This document shows positions 12,440-25,400 of a stretch of 64,000 nucleotides of DNA, piece after piece. The notes below the pieces were generated by a model. The model was not told the origin of the DNA, made no database searches, and saw only the letters and a list, made by a program, of their open reading frames with translations. This DNA comes from the human T2T-CHM13v2.0 reference genome, Homo sapiens. Location of the stretch: the NCBI RefSeq assembly GCF_009914755.1, contig NC_060931.1. The stretch is one strand, 5' to 3'. A program made the position numbers and the translations under genes. The number at the start of each line of letters is the position of its first letter. Position 1 is the stretch's first letter.

Positions 12440-13720
12440 GAAGTTCATTCATTTACTCATTTACTTAACAAATATTTATTTAGCTCCTATTATGCATCAG
12501 GTAATGCACTAAGTCAATGAAAAAGAGAAAATACTCCTGCCCTCAAAGAAAGTATATTCTAATAAGGGAGACAAATATTAACAAAATAAATTCATAAATA
12601 TATAATTATAAATTGGGACAGTGTTTTGAAGGAGAAAACAGGAGTTATGAATGAGGATGTCAGAAGTGAATTACTATAAAATGTATAAAGTCTTCTCTAA
12701 GGATATTATGCTAGGTAGGCTGAAATTTTAAGAATGAAAAGGACGGCCAGGTGCTGTGGCTCATGCTTGTGGTACCAGAAGTTTTGGAGGCTAAGGTGAG
12801 AGGATCACTTGAGCCCAGGAGTTCGAGACCAGTCTCGGCAACATAGGGAGACCCCATCTCTACAAAAAGCAAAAAAAATTAGCCGGGCATGGTGGCATGC
12901 ACCTGTGGTCCCAGCTACTCAGGAGACTGAGGTAGGAGGGTCACTTGATCCCAAGAGGTCAAGGCTGCAGTGACTTGTGATTATGCCACTGCACTCCAGC
13001 CTGACTGACAGAGTGAGACCCTGTCTCAAAACAAAAAACAAAGGACAAAAACAAACAAAAAACAAATGGGAAGGAGACAGCCATTAAAAAAGAACGCCGA
13101 GAGGAAGAGGGGTCTAGCTATAGGAAATAGCTTGAGCAAAATTGCTAAGAGAGCAATAAAACTTGGAATATTAAACAGATAGAAGAGGGCTACTATGACC
13201 AGAGTATCATGGGTGTGGGGTAGGGTGGGAAGGACAAGAGGGTAGAGGGGAGTGTTACAAGATGACATTGGATGTGTTAGATCCTACAGGGCCTTTGAGG
13301 GTCAAAGTGTAGGGCTCTGAAATGGAGCCACAAAAAAGTTTTCAGTAAGACAGTGACATGATTTAATTTTCCTTTAAAGTCATTATTCTGGAGCTATGCA
13401 GAAAATAGATTGGAGGTAGACAAGAATGGAAGCAGGGAGACCAGTAGGGAAGCTATTGTAATAGTCTAGGTGAGAGAAGATGGTGGCTTGCACCAGGGGC
13501 AAGCTCAGATAGGAAGTTTAGGAGATGGGTTTGCAATACATTTTGGAAGTAGAATTGTTGGGATTCAGAGATGGATTGGATGTGGGTGGGGTGTGAAGGA
13601 AAAAGGAAGTCCCAAGTATCATTGCCTGGTTTCAGGTTTTAGTAAATAGGCAGATAGTGATGCCATTTTTTGAGGTAAAGAAACTTGAGGAAGAGGCACC
13701 TATGTAGGGATAATCATTAA
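12440..13720 (+). mobile_element. L2 LINE relic interrupted by Alu
   Basis: ttcattcatttactcatttacttaacaaatatttatt end motif and gcagggagaccagtagggaagctattg body motif; strand and boundaries approximate. Confidence 0.65.
12745..13065 (+). mobile_element. AluJ-like
   Basis: Dimeric Alu; GAGGATCACTTGAGCCCAGGAG / GGTCAAGGCTGCAGTGA; A/C tail. Confidence 0.9.
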
Positions 13721-13724
13721 ATCC

Positions 13725-15275
13725 ATTTTTTAAAAAGTCAGTTTATGGAGGTATAATTTTCACTCAGCAAAATTAACAGTACAATTTAACATTTTGAGAA
13801 ATATTGTTTTTGTGAAACTATCATGCCAATCATCTTAAAAAGTTTCCTGATGCCCTTTGTAGTTAGTCCTCTCCCCCTCTACATCTACAGACAACCACTG
13901 ATGTTTTCTGTCCCTATAATTTTGCCTGTTTTCAGAATGTCATATACATTAAAATATAAAATATGTAGGCTTCTGAGTCTGGTTTCTCTCACTTAGCATA
14001 ATACATTTGAGATCCATCCATATGGTTGCATGGACCAATAAATTAGACCTTTTTATTGCTGAGTAGTATTCCATTGTATACACATAACAAAATTGATCTA
14101 CCCCCCAGTAGAGGGACATTTGGAATGTCCTTAGGTTTTGTCAGTTTTCAAAGAAAGGCTGATATAAACATTTGCATACAGGTTTTTATGTGGACTTTTT
14201 ATTTCTCTTATATAAATACCTAGGAGTGGGATGATGGCTATGTGGTAAATTTATAAGAAACTGCAACACTGTTTTCCAAAGTAGTTCTGTCATTTCGTAT
14301 TTCTATCAGCAATGTATGAGAATTCCAGTTGCTTGGCAGAACTTGATAATGTGAGATAAAAAAAATTAGGCTGGGCACGGTGGCTCACACCTATAATATC
14401 AGTATTTTGGGAGGCCAAGGTGGGAGAACTGCTTGGGTCTAGGAGTTTGAGTTCAGCGTGGGCAACATCAGTTTGCAATCATTACAAACATATTAGAATA
14501 GCTAACATATTGGCTAACATTCTAAATGTCCCTCTACTGGGGGGTAGATCATTAGAATGTTAGCCATTCTAAATATGTTTGTAATGGTATCTCATTGTTT
14601 TAATTTGAATTTCTCTGATGACTAAGGATGTTGAACATGTTTTCATGTATTGATTTGCCATCTGTATATTATTTACTTTGGTGAAATGTCTGTAACTTTT
14701 ACTCCTTTAAAGAAATGGGTTGCCTGTATTCTTATTGATTTGAGAGAGTTCTTGATATATATTCCGAATACTAGTCATTTATCAGATACATAGTTTGCAC
14801 GTATTTCTCTTCATTCTGTGGCTTTTCTTTTCATTTTCCTAACAGTATCTTTCAAAGAGAAGAAGTATTTAGTTCTGATAAATTCAATTTACCAATTTTT
14901 TTCCTCCTAGCAAAAAATTTGTTTCATGTGTTTATTTCTAGAGGTTTTGTCATTTCAGATTTTACTTTTAGGTGTAGGATTCATTTTGAGTTAATTTTTT
15001 TATATGGTATAAGTTATGGGTTAGGTTCGTCTTTTTTTATATGGATGCCCAGTTGTTTCAACACCATTTGTTGAAAAGAATATTCTTTCACCATCAAACT
15101 GCCTTAGTATTTTTGTCAAAAATCAATTGGCAATATATGTATGGGTTTATTTCTGGACTCCAGCCTATTCCATTGACCTATATATCTTTTTATTTTTTTC
15201 CCTAATGCTCCACTGACTTGATTGCCACAGGTTTGTATCAAGTCTTGAAATCAGATAGAGTGAGTCCTCCTAGAT
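13725..15275 (-). mobile_element. L1 (L1MA/L1MB-like) 3' region, antisense
   Basis: Antisense L1 motifs (ttttattgctgagtagtattccattgtata; caacaccatttgttgaaaaga). Confidence 0.8.
14369..14470 (+). mobile_element. Alu left-arm fragment, abruptly ended at its 3' side
   Basis: GGCTGGGCACGGTGGCTCACACC...GGGCAACAT then non-Alu templated sequence. Confidence 0.85.
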
Positions 15276-15826
15276 CAGTTTTAAGTATGAGAGTTTTCAT
15301 ATCTCTTTGAAACTTCAGTGAAAATGTCAAGGATGCACTTTATATAAAAGTATAGATTTCAGAACAGAGCCCTGGACTAAAGGTATAATTTCAGAATTGT
15401 TGGCCTATAGATTGTATTTGAAGTCAAGGAAATCAATGGAATCGCCTGGATAAAGAGTATATATAGAGAAAAGTGAATCTATGAAAAAGCCCCAATGAAT
15501 TCTAACATTTCAATGTTAGAAGGATGAGGAGAAACCAGTAAAGGAGAGTAAGATATACTGATAAGTAAAATTGGAGAAAACCAAGAGTATTTTGGCAACA
15601 CAAGGACAAAGAAAGAGGTAATAGGTTCCAGAAGCAGAGAGTGGCCAGCTATAGTGATAGCTACCCAGGGTTAATTAGATGTTCATTAGATTAGGTGACA
15701 GAGTTATCACTGACAAAAATAGTTTTGGTGAAACAGTGTTAAAAGCCAGATTTGAATGGTATAAAGTGCAAATGGGTGGTAAGAAACCAGAGATGCCACA
15801 GGTAAACAATTGGTAAAAAGAAGTGA

Positions 15827-16773
<947 letters not shown>

Positions 16774-17344
16774 GCCATGATCTTTTCAACCTGCGGAAAT
16801 GAAGGGGAAGAAAAAATTCAGCCCAGCATATTCTCCTTCTTCTTTGGTTCACTTGTTAAAAATGAGGCTGTATCCCATATTCTCTGGATTTCATCTCATC
16901 TCAACTTCTGAAAGACTGGAACCTTTCAGTTATCCTGTCTCATACATCTTCAACTGTTATTTCTATGAATCACTTACTTTGGCACACAAGGTTTTCCTCT
17001 GATCTCCAACTGTAGATAATAGTGACCTGTGACCTCCCTCCAGCAATTGTGCTCTTCTTCGCTTTTGCAGCCTCCCACTTAGGAAGGAAGCTACAGGGAC
17101 AAGGTTAGGCATAATTTGGAGCTTACTCACATTTTCTATGTGTAGCCATCACCACTCTTCACATTTACTCATTCATTTATGTTTAGATTTAGTTTTTATC
17201 TTTATTGATTTTTAAATTTAATTAGTTTAAACATGCAAGCTTTTTATTTTTAAGAGTTTAAGGAATTTTAGAAATTATATATTAATTTAATCATTAACTT
17301 TCTAATTAAAACATTTTTTGTCTCACTTTTCGTAATAATGAAAT

Positions 17345-17676
17345 GAAAATGAAAGCTGCCCACTTTACTCTGCATGAAGCAAATCCTGACAGTAGGAGGA
17401 AAATTTGTTACTGCAGGAAAGCCATAAAAATTCAAATGTTTCTTAGCAGAATGTAGCATGGGGGCAATGTAAAGGGGGCCATGCCTTTTAAAAGACTGTT
17501 CCCTGCTACTTTATCTGACAGTGACACAAGTCAACCACATGTTAGGAAATTCCCTGGTCAATGAAGTGGAACATGGTAAGGCAAGATGTCACTGGCCTTC
17601 ATTTTAATCCGAAATAGATAGGCCTGCTGGACAGACGCTGCTCTTACCACCTCACCGCATTCCATCTTTTCATCTT
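17345..17676 (+). repeat. 332-bp direct duplication, copy A
   Basis: Ungapped match to 20337-20668, 8 mismatches by hand count. Confidence 0.97.
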
Positions 17677-17684
17677 AATCATAA

Positions 17685-17812
17685 ATAAGAACACTTAAGA
17701 TCTACTTTCAACAAATTTCCAGTAAACAATGCAGTGTTACTAACTATAGTCATCCTGCTATACATTAGATCTTCAGAACTTATTCATCATCCGGTGTAAC
17801 TGAAACTTTGTT
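17685..17812 (-). mobile_element. L1MA/L1MB-type 3' end fragment
   Basis: agaacacttaagatctact...actatagtc...tacattagatcttcagaacttattcatc...taactgaaactttg matches an antisense L1 3' end. Confidence 0.7.
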
Positions 17813-20336
17813 AACTTTTTACATTGTGGCCTTTTCATGTGACTTCATCAACCACAAACTGACAGAGTGGCCAACCTTTCACTCCCTAGAGGTGTCACCT
17901 TTCCCAGCCGGTACAGTTATTCCCCATCTCTTTTGTTCTTGTCAACAGAGGGAGACTACCTAGAGATGAGAAGGAAGAAAGAGGTAGGGGGAAGCTTGGG
18001 CAATGCTTGTAGGCTGACACTAATGAATTAGGCTTATAAGAATCAAGGAGAGAGAATAGAAGTCCATTAAAGATCCACTTATTCTTTCAAGCCATGTCAT
18101 CAAAGGCCGAATTCACAAAGAAAATAGAGATAAATTAGAGAAAGCAAAAATGTTCAACTTCAGAAGGGCAAACACCATAAAATTAAAAGGCAATCATAAA
18201 ACTGGGGAAAATATTTGAGACTATATGACAAAGGGCTTACTATACGCAGAAGTTTTTCAATTAAAGTAATGAGGCTAACAACTAAAAAAAAAAGAGAGAG
18301 AAAGAGGTAAAAAAAGAAAAAGAACAAAACGACCAAGAACAGGAATATTTAAGGGAAAAAAAAGAAAAATCATATAAACAGCAAATAAATATATGACATA
18401 ATGATAGCCTTCATTGGTAATCAGTAACATGTCAATTAAAATGACAATTAGATATTTTGTTGTTGTTTGTTACGTTAATAAGCATACAAAAGATAATACA
18501 TATATGACAAACACATAGGGAAGTGCTCTTACACACGCTTAATAGAATGTAAATAGGTACCAGCCTGCGGGGGGGGGCAAATTGATAACACATATCAAAA
18601 GCTTAAAACTTTCTTGTAACTTAGAAAATTCGCCTCTAGGATTAGGGACCAATTCTAGGCAGGAGACCATTTTACCCAGGGCTGTCATTTACTTAGGGCC
18701 TCAAATTCAGACTTTAGATGTTATCTCTGAACTAGGTTATACCTAAAGTCAAAGAGATAACTGGGGAGAAAGAAAAAGAAAGACACTGATCATGTAACTT
18801 AGAATTGTGCTTGGTCACATGACCTGCAGTACACTAGAAATTAGAGACTTTCTCCTAATTCTGTAAGAGTTTTCAGAATAATGCAGTTAGAGTATATTTT
18901 ACTTATTTTACCTTATATTTTCATCTTAGAAGTTTTGATTGGTTAAGAAAAACATTTAAAATGTACCACAATTGAAAATATATAGATAGGCACTTTTAAT
19001 TTTTAAATGTATTTAGAGTCTCAAAAAATTGCTTGATTCCTATTTGCCCTCAGAGAGTCATTTATATTACTGAAAAACTGAAAAATGCTTACATATCTAA
19101 TAGAAAATTTCATGTTGTTACCGCCATACCATGCAGATATTTAAAATGATGTTTAAAGGAATGTCCATTCACATGGGAAGGTTGTAAAAAGCAGCTTATG
19201 GGACAGTATGGACTGTATAGATGTATTTTTCTGAAAATTATATGTGACTATGCATATCAAGATAATATTTAAAATATCAGAGTGAAACTTGATATTATAG
19301 CTAATGTTTAACTGTAGCTAAGCAATTTCAAAAAGGCAAATCTGTTATTTTAGATCCTTGCTGCTAGAATAATTTTTTTTAAAGTGTGGCAGCTGGCAGA
19401 TATATAAATAAGAAAACAAACCTGTGAATCAGATCACTGGGTAAAATTTCAACCCATCTTATGCATGAGGAGAAAGTAAGTGTTTTGCAGGTAGGTCTTC
19501 TAACCTGGAAACTAAAAGACTGTGAGCATCTTGTTTTCTTTCCTTTGCATTTTTATGCCTCAGCTTCTTGGACAGCGCTTGGCACATAGAAAGTGCTCAA
19601 TAAATAGTTACTGAGATTACTGACAGATCTGGGAATGGCTCCAGAAGCCCTGAGTGCATGGATGGGGACCCACTGCCACCTAATAAATGAAAACTGTGTG
19701 GTTCATGGTTAATGAAATGCTGCTCTTCATCAGTTTTACCCTCTCAGTCTCTAGAGGTATAGCCAAAGGCTAAATTTTCTCTCTCTTAGATTATGTCACA
19801 GATACTCTGGGGGAGAACTCAAATACATCACTTTGTAGCTGGACAGAGGGAATTGAGACAACATATAGACGAGGAAAATACGTCAGGCTAACATTAAGCT
19901 CAGGACCACAGAAGTCCGTTAGAGGAAGAACCAATGCCATGGCAACTGAAAACCGATGTAATTTCATTTGCTATTTAATGGGCTCTTTGTGGAAAAGTGC
20001 TCTTTGTGGAAAAGGCTAATTGAGGCAAAAAATTGCACCCAATTTTCTCTTAAAGGATTTTCCCCTATTTTTTCAGTGTTGCAGAGCCTGCTTTGTCCCC
20101 ATGCTGGATTTTGCCTGTTATTTTTCTGTTTGCCTTTCTACTTAATGCCCCCATCTCCTGGCCTTTGTTGCCTTTGGTATTAGTAAAATAATGTTCATCA
20201 GTTGAGAAGGCTTATTTACCCTGCTGAAAAACCTCCTCTCCTTGAATCCTGCATTTCCCTATGAATAAAGAGAGTCGGGGCAGGTTTAGGTGGCTGCTAA
20301 GCAGCATATTATTTCTACCTATTCCATTCGTAAGAG

Positions 20337-20668
20337 GAAAATGAAAGCTGCCCGCTTTACTCTGCATGAAGCAAATCCTGACAGTAGGAGGAAAATTTGT
20401 TACTGCAGGAAAGCCATAAAAATTCAAATGTTCCTTAGCAGAAAGTGACATGGGGGCAATGTAAAGGGGACCATGCCTTTTAAAAGACTGTTCCCTGCTA
20501 CTTTATCTGACAGTGACACAAGTCAACCACATGTTAGGAAATTCCCTGGTCAATGAAGTGGAACATGGTAAGGCAAGATGTCACTGGCCTTCATTTTAAT
20601 CCGAAATAGATATGCCTGCTGGACAGACGCTGCTCTTACCACCTCACCGCGTTCCATCTTTTCATCTT
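20337..20668 (+). repeat. 332-bp direct duplication, copy B
   Basis: Ungapped match to 17345-17676 at offset 2992. Confidence 0.97.
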
Positions 20669-22056
20669 CTGCGTTATACATTGTAATAGCATAAATCTGA
20701 CCATGTTAGACATTTGCAAACCACCCTGAGGATTTTTGCCACATCTGCTGTATTGTGAGTACCACCTGTGCAATATGAATTTAATGTTGTCATCAAATTG
20801 ATATTACTTATGAAATTCAATTTTAAAGGAAACTTGATATTACTATAAAAAATTGAAACCCAAAATCCCTTGACATACATTGAGGGTAACAGTAACAGCA
20901 AATAAAAGGCAATTAAATTCTTGACCTCCATCTGCTCAGAGACCCTCTGTTCTCAGATGGCAGAAAATGACTCTAAAAGGCCGTGTCTTCTGGTCACTGC
21001 TTTTTCCAGAAGACTTGCCTCCAATCATTCTGCTCTGAGTGAGTGAACTTGAAATGAGTTTGCAGTCCCTATCTCACACCTAGTCAGTCAGCAGTTACTC
21101 CAGTCCCGTAAAGCATGTTCCACGAAAAATCATACCACACTTCAGGAAACACAACCTTAAGCAGTGCTTTCAAGTTGATAGTCTATTTAGTGGTGAAATT
21201 GTAGAAGCATCTCTTTAGAATCACGAATGAAACAACTTTTCTGCTCTCGTCACAGTCTCTTCAGCCCTGTCCTGGAGGTCCTAACTGGCACAAAGAGAAG
21301 AGAAAAATACATAATGTACGATGATTGAAAAGAAGGAAGCAAAATGGCCGTTATTTAAAACAGGATGTTTGTCTACATGGAAAATCCAAGAAAATCTACA
21401 ATTAAATGGTTACAACTAGTAACTGAGTTCAGAAGAGGTAGTGCATTTAAGATCAATATACAAAAATCAATTGCATTTCTGTATACCAGAAATAAGCAGC
21501 TAGAAATTGCAATGTAAGAAAAGATATATTTATAATATCACAAGAAATTTAAGGGGCCTAGAAAATATATTTAGCAAAAGAGGTGGAAGAAATATGAAAA
21601 TTGTTTAAAAGACATTAAGAAGATACCATATTCAAGGTTTATAATGAAAAATGTAGTACTAGATTATTCCTTCTTCAGAGGCAACCACTTTTACTTCCTT
21701 GAGCTGATTAGTTTGGTATTTAGCTCCAAATTACTAAATAAATACCATTTATTTATCCATAAAAGTGGAAAAGAATAAGTAGCAATAGAAGCAGCTTTAT
21801 GAGAATCTATTGATTTATTCTAATGGAAAATGAGGATCTGGCTCCTTTTCCTCTATCCGTGTCCCCCCCCCCCCAAATACTTATTCATTCCCTGTCCCTT
21901 ATGATGTTATATTATAACTATGAGGCTTGTGGTCAACTATGATAGTTTCTTTTTTTGTGCAATGTTTGTTATCTCTGTAGAAAACTGTCTTATTTCATTC
22001 TTTTGCTTAATTTTCTACATACTCATTGCTATTTAACCTCAAAGCTTTTGCCAATA

Positions 22057-22373
22057 TTTTTATTTTATTTTACTTTATTCATTTTTAGAGACAGGGTTTC
22101 ACTCTGTCACCCAGGCTAGAATGCAGTGGCATGACCATGGTTCACTGCAGGTTTGACTTCCCAGGCTCAAGCAGTCCTCCCACCTCAGCCTCCCAAGTAG
22201 CTGAGACTACAGGCACATGGGCCGTGCCTGGCTAATTTTTAAAAAATTATTTTTAGTAGAGACAGGGTCTTGCTATTTTGATGAGGCTAGTCTCCAACTC
22301 CTGGCCTCAAGTGATCCTCCTGCCTAGGCCTACAAAGTGCTGGAATTATAGGTGTGAGGCATTGTACCTGGTC
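22057..22373 (-). mobile_element. AluJ-like
   Basis: Antisense dimeric Alu. Confidence 0.9.
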
Positions 22374-23519
22374 AGACAATAGTTTTAATCTTTTCTGAAA
22401 TATTTAAACTCAGTGGGTATTTTATCAATGTTATTTTCTTGAAAAAGTTCCTTCTGGAGTCTTCAGACCTGCTCCAACGAGTTTCAGGTTGATGTGCATC
22501 TGGTGAACCACTGTCATCCTGGGATTCCCATTCCCTATCATCCCAGGGACACCCTTTTCCTCTCTCCTGTTTTCTGGACCACAAGTCTTCCTAAATCTTG
22601 GTGTGTTGCCTGTTTGGGTTAGATATGTCCTCTGGTACATTTCTGAGAAAGGGTGCATGAGACCATACATGCACCCCAGTGCATGAATTCTACCCCCGAC
22701 TTAGAGTAGAATTCTAGATTCATAAACATTTTCTTTTAGCATGGTGAAGGCATTGCCCCATTGCCTTCTAGTTTCCAGTACTGCAGCTGGAAAATTGAAA
22801 GCCATTTACATCTTCATTTTTTTATGTGAATTATTATCTTCCTCTCTGGGGAATTTAGATTCTTTTTTTTTTTTTTTTTGGTCTTTGATGTTCTAAAATT
22901 TCACAATGAACTGTCTTGGTAGGTTTATCTTCATCCTTTGTACTGAGTCCATTCAATTCCAAACTGCTTGTCTATCAGTTCTGAAAAATGTTCCTGAATT
23001 ATTTCCTGGGTGAGTTCTTTTCTTCTGCTTTCTATATGCTCTCTTTCTTGAATTACTATTATTTGGATATCGAACCTCCCTGGACTGTTTCTCTAATTAT
23101 CTTGTATTGTCTCGTCTCTCCTATTTTATGTTTTTTATTCTCTACTTGCTGGGAGATCTTTTCTAGGTTGTTTTTCTCTGTTTTTATTGTCTCTGTCAAC
23201 TATATTAGAGGTTTTCCTCAGATGTCTTATAATCCTTGGCTGTCTGCCTATATTTAAGATCCGAGTCACTAAAAGCTGATTTGGAATCTAATTATCTACG
23301 TAGAGGTTTTTTGTTTGTTTGTTTGTTTGTTTGCTGCAGGGTATCTGGCTGCACCTTTCATCTGAGGAATCTCTGACATAGTCTCTTATGAATTTTTTTT
23401 TCCTTGAGATTGGTCAGATTCTCCGAAAAAAAATCTAACTGGCTTTTTTTCTAGAGAGTCAAGACCTAAATGCCATTATTCCAGGTGCTAAGTTAGGGGA
23501 AAAGGCTGGGGATGCAAAT

Positions 23520-25400
23520 ACAGCATATCTGCTATCTAGAATGCTCTGCTCCTCTTCTTTGCCGAGCAAACTTCTACTCCTGTGCGAAGTCTTAGTTCAG
23601 ACTTCACTTCTGAGGATCAGTCTTCCTTAATTCCTTTAAAATCAATTAGGTCCCAATGCTATGTTCTGTATTCTCATAGCACATTGTAGCTTTCCTCTGT
23701 GGCACTTACATTTTATTTGTTGAATTCTTTGATTAGTAACTGCCTCCCTCACTAAACCATAAGTTTCAGGAGACCAGAGACTGTTTTGCTTGGCAGAGCC
23801 CAGTGCATAGTACATATTGGGTGTTGATTGTTAAAAATTTATTGAATGTTCAATTGACAACAAGTTCTAGCACTAGGGAAAAGAGTGCAGTTGAACCAGA
23901 GCAATTTCATGATCATTACCAGTAAAATCATGCTCAGTTGTACACATTGCTTCTTTCCCATATGAAGAGAGTATGTCAGGAAGGAGGGAGAAGTCAGAAG
24001 TGTTAAATACTACGGAGAGATCCAGTAAGTTGAGAGTTAAACAGCTGCTATTGGATTTAGTGACATGGATGGAACTGAAGATTATACCAATGAGTTGAGC
24101 GACGGATGCAGAAGTCAGAGTGGGGGGGATTGAGAACTAAAAAGGAGGGTGTCTGAAAGTGTGAACAAGCCTTTTAAGGAGTATTTGTGAAGAGGAGATG
24201 AGAAGGTAGATGAAGAGGAAAATGGGTTTGAACTTATTTTTTTTTTAGATTTTAGATGATAGAAACCTGAGCATTTAAAAAACTGATGGAAAAATCCACC
24301 AGTAGGGCAGACATTGAAGACAAAGAAGACAGTAGGGATAATTTTTGGTGTGAGGATTCTGAGAAGTTTGGGAAATGAGATCCAGAGCAGGTAAAAGGAT
24401 TGACTTTGGAGAGGAGAACCTCTGTTCTATCGTAGCCAGAGGCAGAGAAGGAGAGAATGAGAGTTGATGTGTGTGGTGGGAAGGCTTTAAGGAAGCTTCC
24501 CTTTGAAGGGCATTTTTTATGTAAAGTAAGAAGTGAAGAGAGTTGAGAGTGAAAAGAGAAGAAGTATAAAAGATCTGAGGAAAAAAGAGGTTTGAAATAA
24601 TTGTTAGAGAGGAAATATTATATTTTCTATAATTATAGAGAATAATTATTATAGGGAATTATAGAGAACAGGAAAGTAAGTCAAACAGAGAAACACTGGG
24701 TTTCCGAGCAGTCTGGAGGGTCCAATTGAGTTTTGATGTTTGCCTTTATGATGCTACTAGTCTTGCACAGGTGGCACAGGTGGTTTTTGTCACACAGCAC
24801 TCAGCTGCTTGGGTGCAGGCACTGAGACAGCAGATAATTGGGCTCACGCAGGTTTAGGGTCACTCATAATGGCCCCAGATAGATGCTATGAAGAGATGAA
24901 GGGAATTTAAAGTTCCAGCAAAAGAGTTATTAAAATGATAAAATATGGAACTAAGCTGGATAGAGAAGGAGAGAAGAAAGGAACATTTAATGGACAAAGA
25001 GAACACAGAGAGGGATCTGATGGAGTCCAAGAATTGTTATAGTGGACACTGAACAAGCAAGATGCAAAGACAGAAGATTGTGGGCAGAGAATTGGATATG
25101 TGAATCAGTGATTTCTGGAGACAGATAAATTTCAGATAACGACTCAGTCCAGGTATGACTGTGGGTTGGAGTCATCAAGTCAGAGTAGGAGAAAGTCACT
25201 GAAGTGAATGAGATTCAGAAACGGGGAGACCAGGAGATTGGGTGGGTCATTCATGTGGTATTAAAGACCCCCAAAATAATGTCAGGAATTTTTGAGGTGA
25301 GGAGTAATGTGAGTTAGGTGCTAAAATCTTAAGAAACAGATGGGAAGATAATTATATTCGGGAAGGAGATTAGGTGGTATAGCTGAAAAAGCAAAGCCCT
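23520..25400. mobile_element. L2 LINE relics
   Basis: L2-like ends (aaaaatttattgaatg) and purine-rich L2 body; approximate. Confidence 0.55.

Noticed and set aside
17268-20451. Two near-identical minus-strand small ORFs (HLNFYGFPAVTNFPP...)
   Set aside because: By-product of the DNA duplication; starts and ends differ and nothing suggests coding constraint.
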